Source: an uncultured Aliarcobacter sp.
GTDB lineage: Bacteria; Campylobacterota; Campylobacteria; Campylobacterales; Arcobacteraceae
Assembly: GCA_963677435.1 (NCBI GenBank)
Contig: OY781945.1
Coordinates: 2,656,001-2,720,000, forward strand
DNA: 64,000 bases
Reading direction: 5' to 3'
The notes beneath the pieces are model-generated. The model was not told where the DNA came from. It saw nothing but the letters and a program-made list of their open reading frames with translations, and searched no databases. The translations under genes were made by a program, and so were the position numbers. Positions 20,358 to 30,609 of this stretch are shown piece after piece. Each line of letters starts with the position of its first letter. Within the stretch, counting starts at the first letter, position 1.

Positions 20358-21395
20358 ATGAGCAAAAAAAAAGTTATGGTTGGAATGAGTGGTGGAATTG
20401 ATTCTTCAGTTACTGCTTATATGTTACAAAAAAATGGCTATGAAGTTGAAGGAGTTTATCTAAAACTTCATAACAGAACTGATGGTTATCATGAAAAAAA
20501 TTTAGGTTACATTGAAGATGTAGCTAAATTTTTAAATATCAAATACCACATATTAGACTTAGCCGATGAATTTTCAAAAGAAGTTTATGACTATTTTGTT
20601 GATTCTTATTTAGAAGGTACAACTCCAAATCCATGTGTAAAATGTAATCGTCAAATCAAATTTGGTGCTATGCTTGATTTTGCCAAAAAACATGGAGCTA
20701 ATTTCTTAGCAACTGGACACTACGCAAAAACTGACGGTAAATTCTTCTATGAAGCTGATGATAAAACTAAAGATCAAAGTTATTTCTTATCACAAGTTGA
20801 CAAAGAAGCTCTTCCTTTTATGATGTTCCCACTTAGTACTTATAAAAAAGAAGATATTGTAAAATTTGCTGCTCAACTTGATGTTGCATACAAAAAAATT
20901 ACAGAAAAAAGTGAATCTCAAGAGATTTGTTTTGTTGAAACTGTTTATACTGATGTTGTAAAAAGACATGCAAATATTGATATCCCTGGAAATGTTTTAG
21001 ATGAGAAAGGAAATGTTGTTGGTGAGCATAAAGGTTATGCACATTATACAATAGGCAAAAGAAGAGGATTTACAGTAAAAGGTGCTCAAGAGCCACACTT
21101 TGTTACAAAATTAAATCCAAAAGACAATACTATTGTTGTTGGTAAAAAAGAAGCATTAGAAGTAAATGAAGTTATTGCAAAAGACTTAAACATGTTTATT
21201 GATGAAACTCTATTTTCTTGTACTGTTAAATTAAGATATAGAGCAACTTCAACTCAATGTGATGTAAAAATAGAAAATGATAAAGCATATATAACTTTAA
21301 AAGAAGCAGCATTCGGTGTTGCAGCTGGACAGTTAGCTGTATTTTATGATGAACAAAAAGTAATTGGGAGTGCTTGGATTGAGTCTACTAAATAA
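20358..21395 (+). CDS. mnmA: tRNA 2-thiouridylase MnmA, C-type (CxxC)
   Basis: SGGIDS, TPNPCVKCN, KDQSYFL, SQEICF. Confidence 0.93.
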   Translation: MSKKKVMVGMSGGIDSSVTAYMLQKNGYEVEGVYLKLHNRTDGYHEKNLGYIEDVAKFLNIKYHILDLADEFSKEVYDYFVDSYLEGTTPNPCVKCNRQIKFGAMLDFAKKHGANFLATGHYAKTDGKFFYEADDKTKDQSYFLSQVDKEALPFMMFPLSTYKKEDIVKFAAQLDVAYKKITEKSESQEICFVETVYTDVVKRHANIDIPGNVLDEKGNVVGEHKGYAHYTIGKRRGFTVKGAQEPHFVTKLNPKDNTIVVGKKEALEVNEVIAKDLNMFIDETLFSCTVKLRYRATSTQCDVKIENDKAYITLKEAAFGVAAGQLAVFYDEQKVIGSAWIESTK

Positions 21396-21418
21396 ATCTT
21401 ATAGATTTATTTAGTTTT

Positions 21419-21446
21419 ATAATTTAGGAGTTAACTCCTAAATTAT
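21419..21446. terminator. Perfect 28-bp palindrome; bidirectional terminator
   Basis: ATAATTTAGGAGTT|AACTCCTAAATTAT between convergent genes. Confidence 0.7.
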
Positions 21447-21453
21447 GTTTGTA

Positions 21454-22563
21454 TTAGAATGTATATTCTACACTTGCTAATACATATTTGTCATCATTGT
21501 ATTCTGTATCAGCAGAATCTTCATCAACATCACCATATAAAACAGCAGCTGTTAAAGACTCAGTAATTGGGTAACTTGCAGTTAAGTTTAACTCTTTTTC
21601 TTTTTTGTCATCAGTGTCATAAGTTGTTACACCATATAATGCACCTAATTCAACATCAAGAACTGTATAACCTAAAGAACCATATACTGTTCTAGCATCT
21701 GGATCATATGTTCTATTTCCTGTATCAAATGGAGAAATATTATCACCACCAGTAGCAATACTTCCAGCTCCAACATCTTTGTCCGTTTTAATATAACCAA
21801 CCGCACCAGAAATTCCAGCTAATGTAGTATTTAATTCAACATGTCCAATTGATCCATCATTTTGAGTATCTTCATTAGATTCAGCATAATGAGCAATTAC
21901 ACCAAAATAATCTGTTGTGAAAGTTGTTTTTAAACCATACCAATCAGCAACATCTGGAGCTGAGTAAAAATATGGGTTTAATTCAATACCTTCTAAACCA
22001 GTATATTTAACATCTGCAACATAAACACCTTTACTTCCATTTAAATTTTCAAAATCAGCACTTGTATCAATTCCTGATTCAGCTTGTTTTTTTGAATATC
22101 CAAGCACAACTGTTGTATCAGGTATTGCAGTTATCGCAGCAACTACAGCTTCATTATAATCACCTAACCATTCAAGATCAATAGCTTGTCTACCAGCAGT
22201 TAATGAGAAGCCATCCATTGCATATTTAATGTAAGCTTCTGTCATTAAAGAATTATTTGCATATGCATTATCGTGATCATCATTCTCAACTTCACCAAGA
22301 TAAAGATTACCTTTAAACTCAGCTTTTGCACTTAAACCATAAAAAGAACCTGTTTCAAATGCTACAGTTGCATTTCCATTTCCAAATCCTGAATCGGCAG
22401 CACCTTTATAATCATGTTTTTCACCATATAAAGCCAAACTACCAGAAACTTTCCCTTCTTTAAACGCTGAATCAATTGAATCAGCAGCAAATGCCATAGA
22501 TGAACTTAACACTAATCCGCACACTACTAAACTAATTTTGTTACCTGATAAAAGGTTTCTCAT
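21454..22563 (-). CDS. Outer-membrane porin (Opr/major outer membrane protein-like)
   Basis: Signal peptide ending AFA, alternating beta-strand pattern, AGRQAIDLEW, C-terminal YTF. Confidence 0.8.
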   Translation of the reverse strand: MRNLLSGNKISLVVCGLVLSSSMAFAADSIDSAFKEGKVSGSLALYGEKHDYKGAADSGFGNGNATVAFETGSFYGLSAKAEFKGNLYLGEVENDDHDNAYANNSLMTEAYIKYAMDGFSLTAGRQAIDLEWLGDYNEAVVAAITAIPDTTVVLGYSKKQAESGIDTSADFENLNGSKGVYVADVKYTGLEGIELNPYFYSAPDVADWYGLKTTFTTDYFGVIAHYAESNEDTQNDGSIGHVELNTTLAGISGAVGYIKTDKDVGAGSIATGGDNISPFDTGNRTYDPDARTVYGSLGYTVLDVELGALYGVTTYDTDDKKEKELNLTASYPITESLTAAVLYGDVDEDSADTEYNDDKYVLASVEYTF

Positions 22564-22835
22564 TTTTTTTCCTTGTAATAAAATATATATATTGAATAAC
22601 TATCGTCGCGTAAATAGTTTTACATTTTAGGAGAACATTGAAATTATAACATCAACCCAAATTAAAATAAACAACTACTTTGTATATAAAATACACAAAT
22701 TAACTAAGCACAATTTTATCTATTCATAATAATAACCATTATCATAATAAATATTAACTTAATTATTTATTAACTTAATATTCATTAAGTACACTTTAGA
22801 TAAAATTCGAAATCAAACAAATGTAAGGAATTTTT

Positions 22836-23768
22836 ATGTCAACATTTAAACTTTTTAGTGGTTCAGCTAATCCTGAATTTGCAACAAAAGTATCAGAGTA
22901 TTTAGGTATGAATGTATCAAATGCAACGCTAAATAAATTCAGTGATGGTGAAATGTCTGTTCAAATCACAGAAAGTGTAAGGGGACAAGATGTTTTCATT
23001 ATTCAACCAACTTGTGCTCCAACTAATGATAATTTAATGGAATTATTGATAATGGTAGATGCTCTTAAAAGATCAAGTGCTAAATCTATTTCTGCTGTTA
23101 TTCCATATTATGGATATGCAAGACAAGATAGAAAAGCAGCGCCTAGAGTTCCAATTACTGCAAAATTAGTTGCAGATATTTTAGAAAAAGCTGGTATTTC
23201 AAGAGTTGTAACTATAGATTTACATGCTGCACAAATTCAAGGATTTTTCAATATTCCTGCTGATAACTTATTTGGTTCAATTTTATTTGTTAATTATATC
23301 AAATCAAAGAATTTGAAAAACCCAATCATTGCAAGTCCAGATATTGGTGGAGTAGCGCGTGCAAGATCATATGCTGATAAATTAGGTTATGATTTAGTTA
23401 TTGTTGATAAAAAAAGAGAAAAAGCAAATGTTGCTGAAGTTATGAATATCATTGGTGAAGTAAAGGGTAAAGATGTTATCCTAGTTGACGACATGGTAGA
23501 TACTGCAGGAACTCTTGTAAAAGCAGCTGAAGTATTAAAGAAAAAAGGCGCAAATTCTGTTATGGCATGTTGTACACATGGTGTGTTAAGTGGTCCAGCT
23601 TATGAAAGAATTGAAAAAGGTGAACTAGATGAATTAGTTATCTCTGACACAATTCCTACACGAAAAAATGCTAAAAAGATAACTGTATTAACAGCTTCTA
23701 CAATGATTGGTGAAGCAATTAGAAGAATCCACAATAATGAGTCTGTTAATTCAATTTTTACAGCTTGA
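22836..23768 (+). CDS. prs: Ribose-phosphate pyrophosphokinase
   Basis: FSDGE, PYYGYARQDRK, DLHAAQIQGFF, VDDMVDTAGT. Confidence 0.97.
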   Translation: MSTFKLFSGSANPEFATKVSEYLGMNVSNATLNKFSDGEMSVQITESVRGQDVFIIQPTCAPTNDNLMELLIMVDALKRSSAKSISAVIPYYGYARQDRKAAPRVPITAKLVADILEKAGISRVVTIDLHAAQIQGFFNIPADNLFGSILFVNYIKSKNLKNPIIASPDIGGVARARSYADKLGYDLVIVDKKREKANVAEVMNIIGEVKGKDVILVDDMVDTAGTLVKAAEVLKKKGANSVMACCTHGVLSGPAYERIEKGELDELVISDTIPTRKNAKKITVLTASTMIGEAIRRIHNNESVNSIFTA

Positions 23769-23826
23769 TGCAAAAATTAAAAAATTAGATATAATTCCCA
23801 GAATTATTTAGGTAAAAGGAAAAACA

Positions 23827-24843
23827 ATGAAAAAAATTTTATTATCGACTGTTGCTTGTGCAACAATGATGTTAGCTGCAAACTCTAATTATAAATATGA
23901 AATCACACCAACTTTTGGTGGAGCATATACTGAAGGTAACTTAGGGTTAGATAGAAACTATGCAAATGGTGGATTAAGTTTAGGATTTAACCAATTCGAT
24001 TCTTACATAGATCAAGTTGAACTTGGGTTTTTAAGAACTCTTGATGATGTAAAATACGAAGGTGGAAATTCTAAAACTGGAATTACAAGAGTATTTACAA
24101 ATGCAATTAAAGAATATGCTGTAACTTCTGATTTCTCATTATATACATTAATTGGTGCTGGTGTTGAAATTTTCGATAATGAAGCTAATGGAAATCAAGA
24201 TGGTCTTTTTGGTAACTATGGTGCTGGTCTAAAATATAAACTTGCAGACGAAGTTTCATTAAAATTCGATGTTAGACATTTAATTGAAGTTGATCATGGT
24301 GATAACACTTTATTATATAATGTTGGTCTTTCTATTCCTTTTGGAGAAGTTGCTAAACCAGCTCCAGTTGTTGAAAAAGCAGCTCCTGTTGCAGTTGCAG
24401 CTCCTGTTGAAACTCCAAAAGATTCTGATGGTGACGGTGTTATCGATTCATTAGATGAGTGTCCAAATACTATGGCAAAATCAAAAGTTGACTCTGTTGG
24501 ATGTATGACTTTAGTTAACTTAAACATTAACTTTGATACTAATTCATCAGTTATTAAAAATTCTTACAATACAAGAATTGTAGAATTTGCAAATATGATG
24601 AAAGCTAATCCAAAATTAAAAGCAACAATTGAAGCACATACAGATTCTGTTGGTTCAGATGCTTATAATCAAAAATTATCAGAAAGAAGAGCTGCTTCTA
24701 CTGTTGAAGCTTTAAAATTACTTAAAGTTGATGCTTCTAAAATCACTTCTATAGGTTATGGTGAAACTAAACCAGTTGCATCAAATGAAACTGCTGAAGG
24801 TAGAGCTGAAAATAGAAGAGTTGAAGCTGTAATGAGCAAATAA
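23827..24843 (+). CDS. OmpA family outer-membrane protein (CadF-like)
   Basis: Signal peptide, beta-barrel, Pro/Ala linker, DSDGDGVIDSLDECP, OmpA C-domain (HTDSVGS..YNQKLSERRA, NRRVEA). Confidence 0.88.
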   Translation: MKKILLSTVACATMMLAANSNYKYEITPTFGGAYTEGNLGLDRNYANGGLSLGFNQFDSYIDQVELGFLRTLDDVKYEGGNSKTGITRVFTNAIKEYAVTSDFSLYTLIGAGVEIFDNEANGNQDGLFGNYGAGLKYKLADEVSLKFDVRHLIEVDHGDNTLLYNVGLSIPFGEVAKPAPVVEKAAPVAVAAPVETPKDSDGDGVIDSLDECPNTMAKSKVDSVGCMTLVNLNINFDTNSSVIKNSYNTRIVEFANMMKANPKLKATIEAHTDSVGSDAYNQKLSERRAASTVEALKLLKVDASKITSIGYGETKPVASNETAEGRAENRRVEAVMSK

Positions 24844-24862
24844 TTCTAAATTATTTTAGAAT

Positions 24863-24898
24863 AAAAGGGGATTGAGTGTTACTCAATCCCCTTTTTTT
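24863..24898 (+). terminator. Strong intrinsic terminator
   Basis: AAAAGGGGATTGAGT-GTT-ACTCAATCCCCTTTT plus T run. Confidence 0.88.
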
Positions 24899-24983
24899 AT
24901 TATTAATAATATTAAAATTATTTTTTAATAAATTTAATTGTTTTTTTAGTTATAATAAATAAAATTATTATTAAGGAAAAATA

Positions 24984-26045
24984 ATGAAAAGATCTCTTCT
25001 AATTTCAATTTTATCTATCTCTATAACCTTTGCATCTAGTAATCCAAGTAAAGAGTATAGTTATGAACTTACCCCTTTTGTTTCAGGGATTTTAACTGAT
25101 AGTAAAGCAGGGTTAGATGATGATAACTATTTTAATGGAGGTATTTCACTTGGTAAAAATCTTGAGAATTCGTTTATCAATCAAATAGAAGTTGCTTATT
25201 TAAGAAGTGACAAGCTTAAATATAAAAACTCACAAGGAAATACACATATAAATAGAATGTTTTTAAATGGCGTAAAAATATTTCCTCTAAATGAAAAATT
25301 ATCAGCCTATGCCTTAACAGGGTTAGGTTATCAAAATGTTACAAAAGAAGTTTTTGATAATGAAGATTCAGTATTTCTAAATTATGGAGCAGGATTAAGA
25401 TATGATATTCCATATTATGGTATTTCAATAAAGGGAGATGTTAGACATTTACTTGCTGTTAAAAATACGCAAAATGATCTGATCTATACGATAGGTTTAG
25501 CTATGCCTTTAGGTAAAAAATATAGTGATGATATTGCCCCGATAGTTCCTATTATTCAAGAAGAAAAGATGGAAGAAATACAAGCTATTCAAATTGAGAA
25601 AAAAACTATACCTGTGACGCAAGATGATGATAATGATGGGGTAGCTAATAACTTAGATAGATGTCCTAATACATCTTTAGGGGTAAAAGTAAATGCAGTT
25701 GGATGTGTAGATACGATTAATTTGAATATAAACTTCGATAATAATTCTACAGAAATTAAAAATATCTATAAAAATAAACTGCAATCATTCGCAAATATTT
25801 TACAAAAAAATAAAAATTTAACTGCTGTCATTGAAGCCCATACTGATTCAAAAGGAACTGATTCATATAATCAAACTTTATCAAATAGAAGAGCTATTTC
25901 TGTCGTTAACGCATTAAAAACATTTAATATTGATTCAAATAGACTAAAAGCAGTTGGATATGGAGAAACACAACCAATTGCTACAAATGATACACCTGAA
26001 GGAAAAGCTAAAAATAGAAGAGTTACTGCTTTAATTAATCAATAA
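24984..26045 (+). CDS. OmpA family outer-membrane protein (CadF-like), second paralog
   Basis: Same architecture: DDDNDGVANNLDRCP, HTDSKGT, NRRVTA. Confidence 0.85.
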   Translation: MKRSLLISILSISITFASSNPSKEYSYELTPFVSGILTDSKAGLDDDNYFNGGISLGKNLENSFINQIEVAYLRSDKLKYKNSQGNTHINRMFLNGVKIFPLNEKLSAYALTGLGYQNVTKEVFDNEDSVFLNYGAGLRYDIPYYGISIKGDVRHLLAVKNTQNDLIYTIGLAMPLGKKYSDDIAPIVPIIQEEKMEEIQAIQIEKKTIPVTQDDDNDGVANNLDRCPNTSLGVKVNAVGCVDTINLNINFDNNSTEIKNIYKNKLQSFANILQKNKNLTAVIEAHTDSKGTDSYNQTLSNRRAISVVNALKTFNIDSNRLKAVGYGETQPIATNDTPEGKAKNRRVTALINQ

Positions 26046-26183
26046 AAAAAAAGATTTAAGTTTTTCCTTAAATCCTTTTTTTACTAAAATCTGCTTTTAA
26101 ATCATTTAACTATAAACTTACTAAACTTTAGATACAATCGCGATATAATAAATAAAACAATAAACAACTTATAGGAATTACCC

Positions 26184-27971
26184 TTGCAAAAAAATATTAG
26201 AAACTTTAGTATTATTGCTCATATTGACCATGGAAAATCTACACTTGCAGATAGAATAATCCAAGAGTGTGGAGCTGTAGCAGATAGAGATTTAACTGCA
26301 CAAATGATGGATACAATGGATATTGAACAAGAAAGAGGGATTACAATTAAGGCTCAAAGTGTAAGGCTTAATTATGTAAAAGATGGACAGCCATATATTC
26401 TAAACTTAATTGATACTCCAGGACATGTTGACTTCTCTTATGAAGTAAGTCGTTCACTGGCTTCTTCTGATGGTGCATTATTAATTATTGATGCAACTCA
26501 AGGTGTTGAAGCACAAACAATCGCAAATGTTTATATTGCAATGGAAAATGATTTAGAGATTCTGCCTGTTGTAAATAAAATCGATTTACCAAGTGCAGAT
26601 CCAGATAGAGTTCTAGAAGAAGTTGAAGAAGCTATTGGAATTGATTGTACAGAAAGCAATTTAATTAGTGCAAAAACTGGTCAAGGAGTAAAAGCTTTAA
26701 TTGATGCCATTGTTGATAGAGTTCCTTCGCCAGTTGGTGATACAAATGCTCCAACAAAAGCTTTAATTTATGACTCATGGTTTGATAATTATTTAGGAGC
26801 TTTAGCACTTGTTAGAGTTTATGATGGAAGTATCAAAAAGGGTCAAATGCTTAGAATGATGAATACAAAAGAGGAACATCAAGTTCTTAATTTAATGTAT
26901 CCACATCCAAGAAAACCAACAAAAACTAATGTTATTGAAACTGGTGAAATTGGAATTGTTGTTTTAGGTTTAAAAACTGTAAATAGTATTGCAGTTGGTG
27001 ATACAATGACTGATGCAAAAAATCCAACAGCGGAAGTTATTGATGGGTTTGAACCTGCAAAACCATTCGTATTTGCAGGTATTTATCCAATTGAAACAGA
27101 TAAATTTGAAGATTTAAGAGATGCATTAAATAAATTACAATTAAATGATAGTTCAATCTCATTTGAACCAGAAAGCTCAGCAGCTTTAGGAAGTGGATTT
27201 AGAACAGGATTCTTAGGAATGCTTCATATGGAAGTAATCAAAGAGAGACTTGAAAGAGAGTTTGACTTAGATTTAATAGCAACTGCACCAACAGTTATTT
27301 ATGAAATCTTAAAAACAGATGGTACAAGAATCACTATCCAAAATCCAAGTGAATTACCAGCACCAAACTACATAGACACTATTTTTGAACCTTATGTAAA
27401 AGCTACAATTTTAGTACCTGATGAGTTCTTAGGAAATGTTATAAAACTTTTAAATGACAAAAGAGCTTCTCAAAATAAGATGGATTACATCGGTAAAAGA
27501 GTTTTACTTGATTATGATATTCCAATGAATGAAATCGTAATGGACTTTTATGATAAATTAAAATCAACGACAAAAGGTTATGCATCTTTTGATTATGAAC
27601 CAATTGGATTTAGACCAGGTGTTTTACAAAAACTAGATATTAAAGTTGCAGGGGAAGTTGTTGATGCACTTTCAATCATCGTACCTGAAAATAAAGCACT
27701 TTCAAAAGGTAGAGAATTTATCAAAGCCTTAAAAGAGTTAATCCCAAGACAACTTTTTGAAGTAGCAATTCAAGCAAGTATTGGAAATAATGTAATTGCC
27801 AGAGAAACTGTAAAATCAACAGGTAAAAATGTAACAGCAAAATGTTATGGTGGAGATATTACAAGAAAAAGAAAACTACTAGAAAAACAAAAAGCAGGTA
27901 AAAAAAGAATGAAAGCCATAGGAAAGGTGAATGTACCACAAGAAGCATTCATGGCAGTTTTAAAAATATAA
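26184..27971 (+). CDS. lepA: Translation elongation factor 4
   Basis: [49 protein letters not shown] start. Confidence 0.98.
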   Translation: MQKNIRNFSIIAHIDHGKSTLADRIIQECGAVADRDLTAQMMDTMDIEQERGITIKAQSVRLNYVKDGQPYILNLIDTPGHVDFSYEVSRSLASSDGALLIIDATQGVEAQTIANVYIAMENDLEILPVVNKIDLPSADPDRVLEEVEEAIGIDCTESNLISAKTGQGVKALIDAIVDRVPSPVGDTNAPTKALIYDSWFDNYLGALALVRVYDGSIKKGQMLRMMNTKEEHQVLNLMYPHPRKPTKTNVIETGEIGIVVLGLKTVNSIAVGDTMTDAKNPTAEVIDGFEPAKPFVFAGIYPIETDKFEDLRDALNKLQLNDSSISFEPESSAALGSGFRTGFLGMLHMEVIKERLEREFDLDLIATAPTVIYEILKTDGTRITIQNPSELPAPNYIDTIFEPYVKATILVPDEFLGNVIKLLNDKRASQNKMDYIGKRVLLDYDIPMNEIVMDFYDKLKSTTKGYASFDYEPIGFRPGVLQKLDIKVAGEVVDALSIIVPENKALSKGREFIKALKELIPRQLFEVAIQASIGNNVIARETVKSTGKNVTAKCYGGDITRKRKLLEKQKAGKKRMKAIGKVNVPQEAFMAVLKI

Positions 27972-27978
27972 TTTCATC

Positions 27979-28078
27979 TTTTGGCAAATTTCTGCGTCAA
28001 ATCAATAATTTAAATGCTCACGTACTTATAGTACGCTGCGCTTTAAATTCCCTCTTTTCCTTGAACTTCACTCAAAAT
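27979..28078. repeat. Palindromic REP/MITE-like non-coding element A
   Basis: Nested inverted repeats AATTTAAA..CGTACT-TAT-AGTACG..TTTAAATT, rich in CG dinucleotides relative to the background. Confidence 0.5.
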
Positions 28079-28235
28079 CTAAAACTCTATTTTCAAAACT
28101 GTACAACTATTCTTAAAATTCTAAATTTTAACTATTTAATATAAATTTTACCATTAGGATATGTAACTTTATAAATGACTCTTTTCAATATAATGACTTT
28201 TTTATTATAGTAAAATGTTTATTGAAAATAGAATA

Positions 28236-28475
28236 GTTTTCAGCAAAAAATGTGAGCATTTTCAAAATAGCGTAAAGAAAAATCTATCTAAATTCGTAAA
28301 GAAATTTGAACTGTTTGAGGTGGAGATACGGAACCGAGTTTTCTCAAAGAGAGTACAAGCACAGCAAATTTTAGAATTTAGATATATTTTTTAGCTATTT
28401 TGAATCCCTGCGAACGCTTTTGTCTGAAAGCAAGATTAACATCTTTTATTTCTTTTCTTTACTAAAAAGAAAAGG
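28236..28475. repeat. Long-hairpin non-coding element B (structured repeat or ncRNA)
   Basis: Stacked arms TTCAAAATAGC/GCTATTTTGAA, TATCTAAATTC/GAATTTAGATA, AAATTTG/CAAATTT, then CTTTTCTTT-ACTAA-AAAGAAAAG. Confidence 0.55.
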
Positions 28476-28525
28476 AAAAAGCATCACTACAAAGAAATCT
28501 TTAAAGTAATCTCAATTCAAAAAAT

Positions 28526-29854
28526 TCATTCAGAAATTCTAGAAAGAATACCTGGCCTATTCTTCATAAAAAACCTAATCGCAAAAATAAAAGTTAAAAC
28601 CTCAGCACAAGACAAAGCCATAAATATTCCTACATTCCCAAAAATAAAAGGTAAAGTAAAAACAAAAGTTATAGGGAAAATAAGGCTTCTCATAATTGCT
28701 ATTAAACCAGAATACAATGGCTTTTGTATTGATGTTAAATACGCAGTTGCTAACATATTTAATCCTGAAAATAAAAATGCTGGCCAAACATAAGAAAGAA
28801 ACTCTATTGTCATCTCTTTTGTTTTATGCTCATTCCCTTTTATAAAAATATTTATTAACAACTCTGGTGAAATTATTACAAATAGGGTTAAAACTATTTC
28901 AATACAAATGATACTTATAAGACCAAGTCTTAAAAAGCTTTTCATTCTATTAAAATATTGAGCTCCATAATTTTTACTAATAATCGCCTGTAAAGAATCA
29001 GAAACTGCAAAACTTGTTAAAATACTAATTGTTATAAAATAACCAACTATTGAAAATGAAGCAATACCTAAAGCTCCAAAATTTTTCAGTAAGACATAAT
29101 TAAAAATTAAAATAGTAATTCCAACAGATGATTCATTTATAAACTCTGAAAATCCATTTTTTAAAGCATTAAAGATATTAAAAAAACTTCCCTTAGGTTT
29201 TACTAATCTAAGAGTAGAATTTTTTAAGAAAAAATGAGGAAGTAATACTATAAGAATCACAATTTCAGATATACCAGTAGCATAAGCTGCACCACTGATT
29301 CCCCAATTAAATTTTACTATAAAGATATAATCTAATATCACATTTACTAAAGAACTTAACACCAAAGCAATAAAAGATAAATTTGGATTTTCATCCACTT
29401 TTACAAAATAATCAACGGTAATTCCAATCATTAAAAATGGCAAAAACTTCAAAATCACAGGAAGATACTTTAATGTTTCATCTCTTAATTCATCTTGTAC
29501 ATTTATAAAATCTAAAACCCTATCAATATTCATATAAAGTGAAAAATTCAAAATAATAGCAAGAATAACAATGGTATAAATTGATTTTGTAAAGACATTT
29601 GAAGCTTCTTTTATATTTCCCTCACCCATTAATTTAGCTGTAATTACAGAGTTTCCAACTGCAAACATCAAAGCAAAACCAAATAAGATATTAAATAATG
29701 GAAAAGATATATTAATAGCCGCTAAACTAACATACCCCACATAATTACCAACAAAATATCCATCTATAATATTTGCAGAAGAAATGGCTAAAAAGCCTAA
29801 CATTGAAGGGATTAAATATTTAAAAAATAGGATATAAGGTTTTGACTCAAGCAT
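28526..29854 (-). CDS. MATE family efflux transporter
   Basis: IDGYFVGNYVG..SLAA, NVILDYIFI...GISGAAYAT, ISKNYGA; about 12 TM segments. Confidence 0.9.
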   Translation of the reverse strand: MLESKPYILFFKYLIPSMLGFLAISSANIIDGYFVGNYVGYVSLAAINISFPLFNILFGFALMFAVGNSVITAKLMGEGNIKEASNVFTKSIYTIVILAIILNFSLYMNIDRVLDFINVQDELRDETLKYLPVILKFLPFLMIGITVDYFVKVDENPNLSFIALVLSSLVNVILDYIFIVKFNWGISGAAYATGISEIVILIVLLPHFFLKNSTLRLVKPKGSFFNIFNALKNGFSEFINESSVGITILIFNYVLLKNFGALGIASFSIVGYFITISILTSFAVSDSLQAIISKNYGAQYFNRMKSFLRLGLISIICIEIVLTLFVIISPELLINIFIKGNEHKTKEMTIEFLSYVWPAFLFSGLNMLATAYLTSIQKPLYSGLIAIMRSLIFPITFVFTLPFIFGNVGIFMALSCAEVLTFIFAIRFFMKNRPGILSRISE

Positions 29855-29985
29855 AATTTTACTTTTATAGTTTTTTAGAATAATATCGTAATATCAAACA
29901 ATAATGCTTTAATCTCTAAGTGATTTTTCACTACTTTATTTACATAATTTCAAAACAAAATTAATTATTTTGATATACTTATCAA

Positions 29986-30558
29986 ATGATATGCCTAACT
30001 TGTAAAAACTTGTCATTTCAAATCATCTGTGAAGATTGTCAAAATAACCTTTTAATTCCTTCTTTTCATAAAAGAGAACTAGAAGATGGATTTTATAATT
30101 ATTCCTTTTATTCTTTGTCAGAATTAGAAGATTTAATCTCTTCAAAATATTATTTTCATGGAGATAGAGTTTTTAATATTTTAGCAAGGCTCTCATTTAA
30201 AAAATTTGCTCAAAACTTTATTTTTGATTCAAAAATTTTAGCAATTCCAATTGATGATCATACAAGACATGATTTTTCTCATACTGCAATTTTAGCAAAA
30301 CATCTAAAATCAAAATTTATAACTCCAAAATACAATTGCTTAAAAGCTTCTAATATAGTCAAATATGCAGGAAAAGATTTGGAATTTAGACAAAAAAATC
30401 CAAGACGATTTAAGCTTACAAATATATCTAACCAAGTGACAATTTTATGTGATGATTTAATCACAACAGGTGCTACAATTAGGGAAGCAAAAAAGGCTCT
30501 TGAGAAAAAAAATAATCAAGTTCTATTCTCTTTAACCCTAGCTGATGCAAAACTTTAG
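29986..30558 (+). CDS. ComF family phosphoribosyltransferase-like protein
   Basis: N-terminal CLTC..CEDC and DDLITTGAT PRT motif. Confidence 0.85.
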   Translation: MICLTCKNLSFQIICEDCQNNLLIPSFHKRELEDGFYNYSFYSLSELEDLISSKYYFHGDRVFNILARLSFKKFAQNFIFDSKILAIPIDDHTRHDFSHTAILAKHLKSKFITPKYNCLKASNIVKYAGKDLEFRQKNPRRFKLTNISNQVTILCDDLITTGATIREAKKALEKKNNQVLFSLTLADAKL

Positions 30559-30609
30559 TATAATTTTCATTATTTAAGAATAAGAACATAACCTATTTAA
30601 AGGAACATC

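Noticed and set aside
22564..22835. Riboswitch or sRNA in the porin-prs divergent region (AACTAT..ATAGTT stem)
   Set aside because: Only one weak hairpin in a probable 5' UTR, with no recognisable aptamer
27972..28525. CRISPR array, tRNA or intact IS in the lepA-MATE gap
   Set aside because: No regularly spaced direct repeats, cloverleaf or transposase ORF; only inverted-repeat structure
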